DNA of 64,000 nucleotides from Patescibacteria group bacterium (GTDB lineage Bacteria; Patescibacteriota; Minisyncoccia; UBA6257; GWB1-50-10): NCBI GenBank assembly GCA_023474215.1, contig JAMCYI010000016.1, positions 8,265 to 72,264 of the forward strand, read 5' to 3'. Shown piece by piece: positions 1 to 10,032 of this stretch (position 1 is its first letter; each line of letters starts with the position of its first letter). The notes under the pieces were generated by a model. It saw only the letters and a program-made list of their open reading frames with translations, ran no database searches and was not told where the DNA came from. The position numbers and the translations under genes were made by a program.

Positions 1-980
<980 letters not shown>

Positions 981-1130
981 TAAATTTTGCATAGCAAAAC
1001 TTTTGAGGGCTTCACTTCATGAATCGCAAACATGAAGCACTACTAATTTCTACCTCAAAAAACTTACTTGCTCACTGCTCAGTAAATTTTTTGAGCTATT
1101 CAGTTTTCAAGATGCGTTCCGTTCAGGCAA

Positions 1131-1156
1131 CAAAAAATCCGCCATTCGGGCGGATA
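1131..1156 (-). terminator. Rho-independent terminator downstream of pcm
   Basis: Hairpin atccgcc-attcg-ggcggat (1137-1155) preceded on + strand by A-run (T-run on minus strand transcript). Confidence 0.5.
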
Positions 1157-1249
1157 ACCACACGACTCGGACGCTGCCTACTTCTTGTGGCTACCGCCTA
1201 AGGTATGTAATCTGGAATCCATTCGTGCTTCCTATTGTAGCAAACCACT

Positions 1250-1891
1250 TTAATTTGTCAATCCTTTGACAAGGGGTACGAAATTGAAGCCAAAATGCTG
1301 CTTTTTATTGAATTCATCCTTCGAGACCTTATCCAAGACCACGATGCTGTCTCGCACGGGCGCCACGATCCTTCCACCTATTTTCAATTGCTCTTTCCAT
1401 GCCGCAGGTACTTCTTCGGCGGAAGCAGAAGCAACGATCTTGTCGTACGGGGCTTCATCCGGGAAACCCGATGTTCCGTCGCCGAGGACCACGGAGACGG
1501 TGCTCCGTAAATTTTCGTATCGAGCGATATTCCCTTCCGCGAACGCTTTCAGTTCCGGTATCCGCTCGACCGAGACAACGTGCCCCGTTTTCAACTCTTC
1601 ATCCGAAACCAAATGCGCCATGAGGGCGGCAAGCCAGCCGGACCCCGATCCTATATCGAGGACTTTTTCCCCCTTCTTCAATTCCAAGAGCTCGAGAAAA
1701 AAAGCGACCGTCAAGGGTTGCGAGATCGTTTGCCCGAAACCGATCGGAAGCGGGATATTCTCGTACGCAGAATCCCGGACATCCTCCGGAACGAAATCCT
1801 TCCGATCAACGGCTCGAAATGCTTCCGCAATGAGCGGCGATTTCAAATAGCCATCCTTCTTCAAACTGACGATGAGAGATTCTTTATCCAT
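1250..1891 (-). CDS. pcm: protein-L-isoaspartate O-methyltransferase
   Basis: 213 aa; SAM-MTase motif VLDIGSGSGWLAALMAHLV and overall PCMT-family pattern. Confidence 0.8.
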   Translation of the reverse strand: MDKESLIVSLKKDGYLKSPLIAEAFRAVDRKDFVPEDVRDSAYENIPLPIGFGQTISQPLTVAFFLELLELKKGEKVLDIGSGSGWLAALMAHLVSDEELKTGHVVSVERIPELKAFAEGNIARYENLRSTVSVVLGDGTSGFPDEAPYDKIVASASAEEVPAAWKEQLKIGGRIVAPVRDSIVVLDKVSKDEFNKKQHFGFNFVPLVKGLTN

Positions 1892-1898
1892 GGCAATG

Positions 1899-1969
1899 CG
1901 GGGGCAGTAGGAATCGAACCCACATTAGCGGTTTTGGAGACCGCGATTCTACCATTGAAATATGCCCCC
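1899..1969 (-). tRNA. tRNA-Trp (anticodon CCA)
   Basis: Minus-strand read GGGGGCATATTTCAATGGTAGAATCGCGGTCTCCAAAACCGC...GGGTTCGATTCC...TGCCCCCG; cloverleaf with anticodon loop CTCCAAA. Confidence 0.85.
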
Positions 1970-1994
1970 TGGAATAAATTATACAACAAGAAGC

Positions 1995-2163
1995 TACTTC
2001 TTAGCTTCTTTGTGCACCGTGGATTTTTTGCACCACTTACAGTACTTTTTGTATTCGATCTTGCGATCGACGGCTTTCCGGTTCTTGTGAACGGTGTAGT
2101 TCACGTGCTTGCACACGCTACACCTCAGCCTTATTGAATTGTCGCTGAATTTTCCTTGTGCCA
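1995..2163 (-). CDS. rpmG: 50S ribosomal protein L33
   Basis: Minus-strand ORF MAQGKFSDNSIRLRCSVCKHVNYTVHKNRKAVDRKIEYKKYCKWCKKSTVHKEAKK, missing from the ORF track because it overlaps the 2118-2438 ORF; classic L33 C4 zinc ribbon and KN(R/K)K..R.E.KKYC motif. Confidence 0.8.
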
Positions 2164-2438
2164 TTTCTTTTCTTTGTTTTCCGGTATTTTAAGATAAAAC
2201 CCAGTAATACCAGTTGTAACACGAAACCGAGGAAATTTGCAACCAGAATGTACAGATCGCCGTTCTCGATGCCATACGCCGTCCAACTGAACCACGTGAC
2301 GACGCCGAGGGCCATCCAAACAAGCGAAAACTGATCGGCTGCCTTAAGGCGAGCGACTTTCACGATCTGCACTACTATTCCGCCGCTCGCCGCGATGATT
2401 GAAAGGGCTGCAGCAAACAAACCTAAGTAGTCTGTCAT
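2118..2438 (-). CDS. SemiSWEET/PQ-loop-like small 3-TM transporter (3' end may be shorter; overlaps rpmG start in another frame)
   Basis: 106 aa, three TM helices, IVVQIVKVARLKAADQFSLVWMALG resembles the PQ-loop of SemiSWEETs (VQ in place of PQ). Confidence 0.5.
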   Translation of the reverse strand: MTDYLGLFAAALSIIAASGGIVVQIVKVARLKAADQFSLVWMALGVVTWFSWTAYGIENGDLYILVANFLGFVLQLVLLGFILKYRKTKKRNGTRKIQRQFNKAEV

Positions 2439-2469
2439 GTTATTTTTTTATTTTTATCTAATTGGACTG

Positions 2470-2753
2470 AGCCAATGGGCGGATTTGAACCGCCGACCTA
2501 CTCCTTCGCTTACACCTCCCCTTCATGTATGCGGGAGGGCTAGACTGTATTTTTCCCCGCCAACATCTTCGAAGTTGTGGCGGGGACCCTTGTCAGTCGT
2601 TCGCTCGCCTCAACCATTTCAAAGTCTTGGCGGGACGGTCTGAGCCTTATCGGCCTTTAACCGTTATTCGGGATTCACGACGGAATCGCTTCCGACGTGG
2701 GCGGGGTTTTGCGACCCACCATGGAGTTGCTCTACCAACTGAGCTACATTGGC
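2470..2753 (-). tRNA. tRNA interrupted by ~210-nt intervening sequence in the anticodon loop (putative group I intron); isotype probably Arg (xCG), unconfirmed
   Basis: 5' exon GCCAATGTAGCTCAGTTGGTAGAGCAACTCC (2723-2753 rc) and 3' exon (CGAA)GGAGTAGGTCGGCGGTTCAAATCCGCCCATTGGCT (2470-2507 rc). Acceptor stem GCCAATG/CATTGGC and anticodon stem ACTCC/GGAGT are perfectly complementary; about 210 nt lie between the anticodon-stem halves. Confidence 0.75.
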
Positions 2754-3518
2754 TTACTCGCCGACGTATTCGTAATCTTTCAATTTGCCTACGATGACAT
2801 TCCTAAGTTTCTTATTATTGAAATAAATTGTCAACACGCCGGTATTCATCTTCCTCCGATAAATTCCCCCGCCTCGAGAAGGCGTTACTACCACTTTCTG
2901 AAAAAGATGCTTGTCGACTCCTAAATGCTTCACCCAAAAATTCAGAGCTTCGCCCGAATCCCCGTCGTTGAAAACCTGGAGCCCGAACCGCAATTTTTTC
3001 CCATCTATAGCAAAGAACGTACGGAGAAATTTTATGAAGATTCTTATAAGGGCTGGATCTGTATTGCCAAGACGAATCGAATTCCTGCTCGCTCTCGTCC
3101 CCTCGCCCCAATAGAGACCCAACCCCATACCCATAAGCTCCGCCTCCTTCAGGTTCTTTGGTTCTCTTACCAAGAAAGGATCGCCCAAGGGATTGCGTTT
3201 TTGGTACGTTGCTTCCGAACGATCCCTCCTTAGAATCTTGTATTTATTCATCCAGTAGGAAACTTTATGCTGGGAACACCCGAGTATTTTTGCCATTTCC
3301 TGCATCGATTTTCCGGATTCCCAATAAAGCTCGGAAAGGGCGCCTTTGGATACCTTTCTCGTATCTCGATCCCATTTCTTGCTCTTCGACTTGAAACGCT
3401 TGCTGTTCACCTCCGCCACCCTCGCCGCGAACTCCAATTTCTTTCTTTCTTGGATTTTTCTCTTATATCTCCCCTTCTTATAAAACACGTTGCCGCTCAT
3501 GTAAGTACATAATACCAC
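2754..3518 (-). CDS. LAGLIDADG-family homing endonuclease with N-terminal basic/HTH region
   Basis: 254 aa; single LAGLIDADG-like motif MGLGLYWGEGT; K/R-rich N-terminus with HTH-like MQEMAKILGCSQHKVSYWMNKY. Stop codon at 2754 directly abuts the tRNA 5' end at 2753. Confidence 0.7.
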   Translation of the reverse strand: MVLCTYMSGNVFYKKGRYKRKIQERKKLEFAARVAEVNSKRFKSKSKKWDRDTRKVSKGALSELYWESGKSMQEMAKILGCSQHKVSYWMNKYKILRRDRSEATYQKRNPLGDPFLVREPKNLKEAELMGMGLGLYWGEGTRASRNSIRLGNTDPALIRIFIKFLRTFFAIDGKKLRFGLQVFNDGDSGEALNFWVKHLGVDKHLFQKVVVTPSRGGGIYRRKMNTGVLTIYFNNKKLRNVIVGKLKDYEYVGE

Positions 3519-3613
3519 AAATGGAGCACCAGTTCCATAATAATAAGCAGCTCTGCCAATTGCAGAAATTGCTTGTTTTAACGGAGTGTCTTTACTCGCT
3601 AGTTAAGACCTAT

Positions 3614-3645
3614 TTTCCCCAAAATTTTTGAATTTTGGGGAAAAT
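3614..3645. repeat. Perfect 14-bp inverted repeat (ttttccccaaaatt/aattttggggaaaa), possible terminator/processing hairpin downstream of tRNA-Thr
   Basis: Direct reading of palindrome between HE gene start and tRNA-Thr. Confidence 0.4.
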
Positions 3646-3663
3646 CAAACTTGTTTGATGAGT

Positions 3664-3736
3664 GAGCCGAAGGAGGGATTCGAACCCACGACCTGCTGTT
3701 TACAAAACAGCTGCTCTACCACTGAGCTACTTCGGC
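3664..3736 (-). tRNA. tRNA-Thr (anticodon UGU)
   Basis: Minus-strand read GCCGAAGTAGCTCAGTGGTAGAGCAGCTGTTTTGTAAACAGCAGGTCGTGGGTTCGAATCCCTCCTTCGGC; anticodon loop TTTGTAA. Confidence 0.85.
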
Positions 3737-3887
3737 GGCGAAATCAGTATACCAACGGGAATGACAAAGCTCAAATTTCAAATGCCAAATCAAGTTCTAA
3801 TGACTTAATGCCAAAGCACTCGTCATTTTTTGGTATTTGGACTTTGTTGTTGATTGGTAATTTGTCATTTGGATTTTGGAATTCCGT

Positions 3888-4997
3888 TTATTGCGTCTCG
3901 TTGTACAGATCTTGAATATCCTGTGCAGAAAGCGCGCGGTTGTAGATACGGATGTCGTCGAAGAGAGCATTGGCGTAGGAGTCGGCGCTCCAATTACTCC
4001 TCCCGATGTAATTCGTCGTCCTCGTCACGCCGGTCGAGGTAAATGTTGTAGCCATCGAGGTCCACAGTTGGCCATTTTTATATATCGCGGCGTTATTTCC
4101 ATCGGCGACGCCAGCCAAGAAGACCCACTGATTCAATGGTATCGGGGATCCAGACGATAAAGAGAAACCTCGGGTCCCGCCATTCCAGGACTCCAAATAA
4201 GCATCTCCGCTACTGCTCTGCGATATCGCAAAAAGGACGTTGTCCGAAGATGCCCCATTACCGAAATCCAAAAGGCGCGACCACGTATTGTAGCTCCTCA
4301 CGTAAACCCACCCCGTGACGGTGAAGGGGCCGCTGAAATAGATTCCGGACGGGAGACTTATGTAGTTGCTGGTGCCGTTGAAACTCAAACAATTCCCGAC
4401 TTCGCAACTTGAACCGCTTTGCCATAAGGGGCCGTTCGTGAGCGTGCCGTTGTTGCCATTCCCCGAGGCGTCATATGCCGTCGTCCCTGTCCCCTCGTCG
4501 AAGGGCCAATAGCCGACGAGGCCCTGCCAGAATTTTCCCTCGACGCTCCCTAAACTATTCACCGCCACGTCATAAACCAGATTGTCTTTTCTCCCGTCGA
4601 TGAGCGAAACGATCTGGCTCTGATTGGGGTAACCGGTCAAAGGATTAAAAAGGACGTCTGCTGAGGTCGACGTCGGCGGATTACCAAATGAAATGCCATT
4701 TCCCAGGGTATAAGCATTTCGAGAGGTACTCGAGGCATAGCTCGTGCCGCCGAATGAAGTGTAGGTATTGCCGGACGTTGCATTTGAAAAATGCATTCCC
4801 CATGCAGTGCCGTTTTCTTGACTCATCGACCGCTGCCTCGTGTTCCGGAATGCGGCCGCCACCTCTTCTCCAGTCCGTTGGAGAGTGTTCGAAACGCCAT
4901 AGCTACTGATACTGACAAACGAAACAGTCGCAAGAACCGCCACGATGGCGATCACGAGGAGGAGTTCGATGAGGGTAAACCCATTTCTGCTTCGCAT
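3888..4997 (-). CDS. type IV pilin-like protein with C-terminal LamG (concanavalin A-like lectin) domain
   Basis: 369 aa; prepilin N-terminus RNGFTLIELLLVIAIVAVLA (G|F cleavage site, E+5); C-terminal LamG-like region ending DDIRIYNRALSAQDI. Confidence 0.75.
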   Translation of the reverse strand: MRSRNGFTLIELLLVIAIVAVLATVSFVSISSYGVSNTLQRTGEEVAAAFRNTRQRSMSQENGTAWGMHFSNATSGNTYTSFGGTSYASSTSRNAYTLGNGISFGNPPTSTSADVLFNPLTGYPNQSQIVSLIDGRKDNLVYDVAVNSLGSVEGKFWQGLVGYWPFDEGTGTTAYDASGNGNNGTLTNGPLWQSGSSCEVGNCLSFNGTSNYISLPSGIYFSGPFTVTGWVYVRSYNTWSRLLDFGNGASSDNVLFAISQSSSGDAYLESWNGGTRGFSLSSGSPIPLNQWVFLAGVADGNNAAIYKNGQLWTSMATTFTSTGVTRTTNYIGRSNWSADSYANALFDDIRIYNRALSAQDIQDLYNETQ

Positions 4998-4998
4998 G

Positions 4999-6204
4999 TT
5001 AGAACTGCGTCGTCAGCTGGTAGATCGGAACGATAATGGAGAGCGCGATGAGACCGACGATGATACCGATACCCATCAGCATGACCGGCTCGAGGAACGA
5101 AACGAGCGACTTCAAGGAATTGTCGATCTCAGAAGAGTAAAAGTCGGAAAGCGTTCCCAAAACCTCTTCGATGTGGCCGGCCTTCTCCGAAATGGCCATC
5201 AAATTCACAACAGTCTTCGGGAAGAACGGCTCGCGCCGGAATGCCTCGCCGACCGTAAGCCCCTTCGCAAGCCCTTCCCGCGAAATGCGAAGCAAAGCAT
5301 CGTGCAAATCCACATTCCCAACCGTTTGCGCCGTAATTTCGAGGGCATCCGTCAAAGGAATACCGGCCTTGATAAGTTCAGAAAGCGTCGCCGCGAACCG
5401 CTGAAGCGCCGACTTGTTCATCAGATCCCGCACCACCGGGATTTCGTGAATGATGCTGAAAATGACCCGCCGGAATCCCATGGAGTTTTTGTAAGCAAAA
5501 AATGCGGCAATGAGGGCAATAACGGCAAGCCCTATGAAGAAGAAACCGTAATGGGCAAAGAACAGACCAACGGTGAAAACGATCCGCGAAAAGAGTGGCG
5601 GCGTAAAACCGCCCTGCTCGAAAACGTTCGCAATCTTCGGCAAGGCGTACATGACAAGGAACACCAAGATAAGAACGGATGCCGAAAGGAGAAGGATGGG
5701 GTAAATGAGCGCGCTTCGCACTTGGTCCCTCAGCATCTTTTCTTTGGCAAGCGAATTGGTCAAGTTTTCGAAGACCGAATCCAAATTTCCCGACGCCTCG
5801 CCGGCCCGGACGAGATTAATGTACACCTGGCTGAAAATTTTCGGGTATTTGGCGAAGGTAGAGAAAAAGGGCCGGCCGCCCTCGAGATTATCCCTCACTT
5901 CCATAAGGAACGACCGAACTGCCTTCTTGTCGAAATCTTCGATCAAGATGTTGATGGCCTGTAAGAGTCCCGTACCAAGTTTCAGCATCAGAGAAAGGTA
6001 TTTGGATATGAAAATTTGATCCGCAATGGTTATCTTGCCGCCGGAAATTCCGCCGCCAACCTCCGATTCTCTCACCGGCTTGATGCTGACCGGCCGGAGC
6101 CCGCGGGAAGACAAAAACTGCAAAACCCCCGAAACATCCTTCGCTTCGATTTGCCCTTGAATAACTTTTCCATCCGGCTGTGAGGCGATATAATTGAACT
6201 TCAT
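4999..6204 (-). CDS. pilC: type IV pilus assembly platform protein PilC (GspF family)
   Basis: 401 aa, polytopic, duplicated GspF-type domains (SRIVFTVGLFFAHYGFFFIGLAVIAL etc.). Confidence 0.8.
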   Translation of the reverse strand: MKFNYIASQPDGKVIQGQIEAKDVSGVLQFLSSRGLRPVSIKPVRESEVGGGISGGKITIADQIFISKYLSLMLKLGTGLLQAINILIEDFDKKAVRSFLMEVRDNLEGGRPFFSTFAKYPKIFSQVYINLVRAGEASGNLDSVFENLTNSLAKEKMLRDQVRSALIYPILLLSASVLILVFLVMYALPKIANVFEQGGFTPPLFSRIVFTVGLFFAHYGFFFIGLAVIALIAAFFAYKNSMGFRRVIFSIIHEIPVVRDLMNKSALQRFAATLSELIKAGIPLTDALEITAQTVGNVDLHDALLRISREGLAKGLTVGEAFRREPFFPKTVVNLMAISEKAGHIEEVLGTLSDFYSSEIDNSLKSLVSFLEPVMLMGIGIIVGLIALSIIVPIYQLTTQF

Positions 6205-6275
6205 AGACTTGTATTCAGTATACAGTATCTAGTATTTAGTATACGAAATACGAACTACTAAATACCATATATCCC

Positions 6276-7994
6276 CTACTCTCTCATGACACGGAACAAT
6301 TCCTCGATCGTCGTCATCCCGAGCTCGACTTTTCGGAGGCCATCTTCGAACATGGTGACCATCCCCTCTTCCTTTGCAAGATTCCTCAAGTTGTCCAAAT
6401 CGAAATCTTTGCCAATAATGAAGCTCCTTACTTTTTCGGTAATTTCCAGAACTTCGAAGATACCGATCCGGCCCAGAAAACCGGTGTTGTTGCACGCAGC
6501 GCACCCTTTTCCCCGATAGAATGTCTTCGGCGGCTTGACGTCGACGCCCGCCGCTGCGAACTCCTTGATTTGGGACTCGATGTCCTCGTACATCTTTTTG
6601 TCCGGCGTGTACGACTCGATGCAATCCACGTGGATGCGCCGTACGAGCCTTTGGGAGCTCACGGCGTTCAAAACGGCGGAAACGAGAAAGGCGGGGATTC
6701 CCATATCGATCAAGCGGGGTATCGCCGTCGGCGAATCGTTCGTGTGCAAGCTCGAAATCACCAAGTGACCCGTCAAGGATGACTGGACGGCGATATCAGC
6801 CGTCTCGTTATCGCGGATTTCGCCGACCATGATGATGTTCGGGTCTTGCCGCAAGATCGAACGAAGCCCCGAGGCGAATGTGATGCCGGCGGCGACGTTC
6901 ACTTGCGTTTGGTTGATATACCGCATGTCGTATTCGATCGGATCTTCGATGGTCACGATGTTCACATCCGGCTGGTTCAAAATATTCAAAAACGAATAGA
7001 GCGTCGTCGTTTTTCCGGAACCGGTCGGCCCGCACACCAATACCATTCCGTAGCTTTTCGAGATCGCTTCGGAGACGAGCTTTACGGTGTCGTCGAACAT
7101 GCCGAGTTCCTGGAACGACAGCGGCTTTTGGGCGGCCGCAAGGAGACGCATTTCCACCTTTTCTCCGTAGAACGTCGGAATGATCGAAACACGGACGTCG
7201 ATGAATTCGCCCCCGATCTTGTACCGGAACCGGCCGTCTTGCGGGTGCGTATGCTCGTCGACCCGCAAATTCGAAAGAATTTTGATCCTTGCAACGATCG
7301 CAGGATGGATCTCTTTCGGCATCCGCATGATCTCGTGGAGAATGCCGTCAATCCTGAACCGAACCAAAATCCCGTCGTCCAAAACTTCAAAGTGGACGTC
7401 CGACGCCCGGGAAGAAATGGCGTACGACATAAGATTGTCCACGACCGCAACGATCGGTACATCGGCGGCAAACTGGACCACATCCCCTTCTTTGGAGCGG
7501 GAACGAAGCGATTCTTTGACGCTTTCTTCTATGATCTTCTTGAAATCTTGCGTCAGTTTTTGCTGATATAAAATGAAGCCGCGATTCAAATCTTCTTCCG
7601 TTGCAAGGAACGGATGCATGGGACCTTGAAGCTTCAGGGTTAAAAAGTCGATCGTTTCGAGGTCGGCTGGATTTTCCATGGCAACCTCGAAATAGCCGTT
7701 CTTGTCCTTGCCAAAAACAATCGCCTTCCTCGTCCGTGCAATATCCTCCGGCAAAAGGTGGAGCGCTTTTTCATCGATCCCCACCGCCCCGAGATTCACC
7801 CGTTCCACGCCGAGCGATTTTGAGAGCAAAAGATAGAAATAATCCTTGTTGATAAGGCCGCTCGAAATGACGATATCGGCAATGTTTTGTCGGTTCCGCT
7901 CAGCTTCCGTGGCGATCGTGTCGAACGTATCCGCATCGACAACGCCGGCTCGGACGAGAATGTCTTTCAGCTTTGCGGAAGAAAGATTGATCAT
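6276..7994 (-). CDS. pilB: type IV pilus assembly ATPase PilB (GspE family)
   Basis: 572 aa; N-terminal GspE-N domain, Walker A VCGPTGSGKTTTLYS, Asp/His boxes, CxxC tetracysteine (GKGCAACNNTG). Confidence 0.85.
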   Translation of the reverse strand: MINLSSAKLKDILVRAGVVDADTFDTIATEAERNRQNIADIVISSGLINKDYFYLLLSKSLGVERVNLGAVGIDEKALHLLPEDIARTRKAIVFGKDKNGYFEVAMENPADLETIDFLTLKLQGPMHPFLATEEDLNRGFILYQQKLTQDFKKIIEESVKESLRSRSKEGDVVQFAADVPIVAVVDNLMSYAISSRASDVHFEVLDDGILVRFRIDGILHEIMRMPKEIHPAIVARIKILSNLRVDEHTHPQDGRFRYKIGGEFIDVRVSIIPTFYGEKVEMRLLAAAQKPLSFQELGMFDDTVKLVSEAISKSYGMVLVCGPTGSGKTTTLYSFLNILNQPDVNIVTIEDPIEYDMRYINQTQVNVAAGITFASGLRSILRQDPNIIMVGEIRDNETADIAVQSSLTGHLVISSLHTNDSPTAIPRLIDMGIPAFLVSAVLNAVSSQRLVRRIHVDCIESYTPDKKMYEDIESQIKEFAAAGVDVKPPKTFYRGKGCAACNNTGFLGRIGIFEVLEITEKVRSFIIGKDFDLDNLRNLAKEEGMVTMFEDGLRKVELGMTTIEELFRVMRE

Positions 7995-8077
7995 ACAAAC
8001 TCATTATAACAAGTAAAGAAACTGGTAACTAGAGAAAAGAAAACCGCCGCCCCATGGACGGCGGTGATTTTCTTTGA

Positions 8078-8686
8078 TTAATTGCCGGACATCAAATTCA
8101 AGCCGCTGCCTACTTCGTACCATCCGGCACTCGAGCCGTTGTCGGTCGAAACAACGTCGGCAGAACCTCCCTTGCCGTACTTGGCGCTTTCCATCGCCGC
8201 ATCGATCTCATACACGCCGACGGTGGAAGTGGTCGTGAATATATACTCGCACGTGGCGGCGTTCGCCGTTCCGTTCAAATCCCGGCAAACCTTGTTTCCC
8301 GCTTGCGGATCAACGGGCAATTTAGAAAGCGGCGAGCCGCTCGAGATCTGAGTGAAATTAATCTTCACCCAGCCGCTCCCGTCGACGGCCGTCGATGTCG
8401 AACCGGTTTGATAAGTACCGCTGTTGCACGTCGGCGTACTCGAAGCAATGGTATTCGTAATGTTAGGATAGCAATTCGCCGCGGGCCACGTCGGATTCCG
8501 TACATCGGCCACGAACAACGCGATCGCGCTGTTCAATGCAGCGAGGTCGGAGATTCTTGTTGAATCTCTTCCTTGCTTGATGAGCTCGGCGGGATTCAAA
8601 ACGAGAACCACGGCCGTAGCCAAGACCGCCAAAATGGCAATGACGACCAAAAGTTCGATTAAGGTGAAGCCTTCCCCCTCTTTCAT
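8078..8686 (-). CDS. type IV pilin paralog 1
   Basis: 202 aa; MKEGEGFTLIELLVVIAILAVLATAVV prepilin signature. First ~180 nt identical to paralog 2. Confidence 0.8.
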   Translation of the reverse strand: MKEGEGFTLIELLVVIAILAVLATAVVLVLNPAELIKQGRDSTRISDLAALNSAIALFVADVRNPTWPAANCYPNITNTIASSTPTCNSGTYQTGSTSTAVDGSGWVKINFTQISSGSPLSKLPVDPQAGNKVCRDLNGTANAATCEYIFTTTSTVGVYEIDAAMESAKYGKGGSADVVSTDNGSSAGWYEVGSGLNLMSGN

Positions 8687-8696
8687 TTTCTTAAGA

Positions 8697-9326
8697 CTAG
8701 TTGATCAGGGACAAATTACTCCCCACTTCATACTGACTCGGATTATTACCGTTATCGGTGTTCGTTACATTAGCACTCCCGCTCGTGGAGCCGTATTTTT
8801 GGCTTTCCATCGCGGCATCGATCTCATACACGCCGACCGTCGAGCTGGCGGCAAAGATATACTGGCAAGTGGTGGCGTTCGGCGTCGTACCATTGTAGCA
8901 ACCCACAACGCCATTATTCGGATCGATGGGAAGTTTAGACAAAGGAGACCCGCTCGAAATTTGCGTAAAATCTATATGAACCCACCCTGTCCCATTAACA
9001 GTTGTTGAGGTTGAAATGGTTGGAGTACACGTTACACCACCTGCAGCTGGCGTCGTCGTCGCCGTATAATAACACATACCAGTAGACCACCCCGCGCTGC
9101 TTGGATTCCGCACATCAGCCACAAACAAAGCAATCGCGCTGTTCAATGCAGCGAGGTCGGAGATTCTTGTTGAATCTCTTCCTTGCTTGATGAGCTCGGC
9201 GGGATTCAAAACGAGAACCACGGCCGTAGCCAAGACCGCCAAAATGGCAATGACGACCAAAAGTTCGATTAAGGTGAAGCCTTTTTCTTTTTTAACGTAT
9301 TCCATAGTCCTCTTATTATAGCACAA
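8697..9326 (-). CDS. type IV pilin paralog 2 (true start possibly an internal Met giving leader MEYVKKEKG|FTL)
   Basis: 209 aa; same conserved N-terminal 60 aa as paralog 1, divergent C-terminal half. Confidence 0.8.
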   Translation of the reverse strand: MCYNKRTMEYVKKEKGFTLIELLVVIAILAVLATAVVLVLNPAELIKQGRDSTRISDLAALNSAIALFVADVRNPSSAGWSTGMCYYTATTTPAAGGVTCTPTISTSTTVNGTGWVHIDFTQISSGSPLSKLPIDPNNGVVGCYNGTTPNATTCQYIFAASSTVGVYEIDAAMESQKYGSTSGSANVTNTDNGNNPSQYEVGSNLSLIN

Positions 9327-9331
9327 ACGAA

Positions 9332-9967
9332 CTAGTTGATAAGTCCCGGTTCGCTCCCCACCTCAAAGACGTTCGCATCCACCCCGCCGTCGCGGTTCAC
9401 GACAGCGGTGGAGTTCGTCGGATTGCCGTATTTTTGGCTTTCCATGAGGGCCCCGATTTCATATTTGCCCGGCGTGGAGCTTGCCACAAAAATATACTGG
9501 CAAATGGCGTTATTGATGGAGGATCCGTCAAGACACGAGGGACTACCGTTATTGGGGTCAATCGGAAGGCCGGCCAAGGGAGATCCGCTCGAGATGAGGT
9601 TCAACTTGATATAGCTTTCCGTGCCATCCCACCCAACCCAACCGGTGCCGCTGACGCCCGTTGAACTGGCTACATAGCCGCATGACGTACTCACCGCGCC
9701 GGCGAACGTGCTCGTTGCCGTGCAATCGGTAACCGCTGCGGTCGGCCATGAAACGCCGACAGCAAGACTCACGTCCGAGCTGTATAAATTGAGCGCATTG
9801 TTAAGAGACGCGAGATCCGAAAGACGGTTCGAATCGCGACCCTGCTTCAAAAGTTCCGCCGGATTCAAAATAAGAACGACCGCGGTCGCAAGGACCGCCA
9901 AGATGGCGATGACGACCAAAAGTTCAATCAAGGTAAATCCCCTTGGTTCCGCAGTATCGATTTTCAT
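9332..9967 (-). CDS. type IV pilin paralog 3
   Basis: 211 aa; RGFTLIELLVVIAILAVLATAVV prepilin N-terminus, divergent C-terminus. Confidence 0.8.
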   Translation of the reverse strand: MKIDTAEPRGFTLIELLVVIAILAVLATAVVLILNPAELLKQGRDSNRLSDLASLNNALNLYSSDVSLAVGVSWPTAAVTDCTATSTFAGAVSTSCGYVASSTGVSGTGWVGWDGTESYIKLNLISSGSPLAGLPIDPNNGSPSCLDGSSINNAICQYIFVASSTPGKYEIGALMESQKYGNPTNSTAVVNRDGGVDANVFEVGSEPGLIN

Positions 9968-10032
9968 ACCCTTCCATTATAACAGAACTGGCTCTATAAG
10001 CAGATTCGCTTTTTACTAGTTGAGGTGGAGCC

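Noticed and set aside
1266-2137. Plus-strand ORFs 1266-1850, 1295-1510, 1399-1623, 1580-2137
   Set aside because: Antisense to pcm, tRNA-Trp and rpmG; low-complexity Arg/Ser-rich translations typical of antisense frames.
3799-3830. Hairpin aatgac...gtcatt + TTTTT read as terminator of the LamG-pilin gene
   Set aside because: The T-run is on the plus strand while the pilin gene is on the minus strand, so it cannot be that gene's intrinsic terminator. It may be a plus-strand or insulating hairpin; not annotated.
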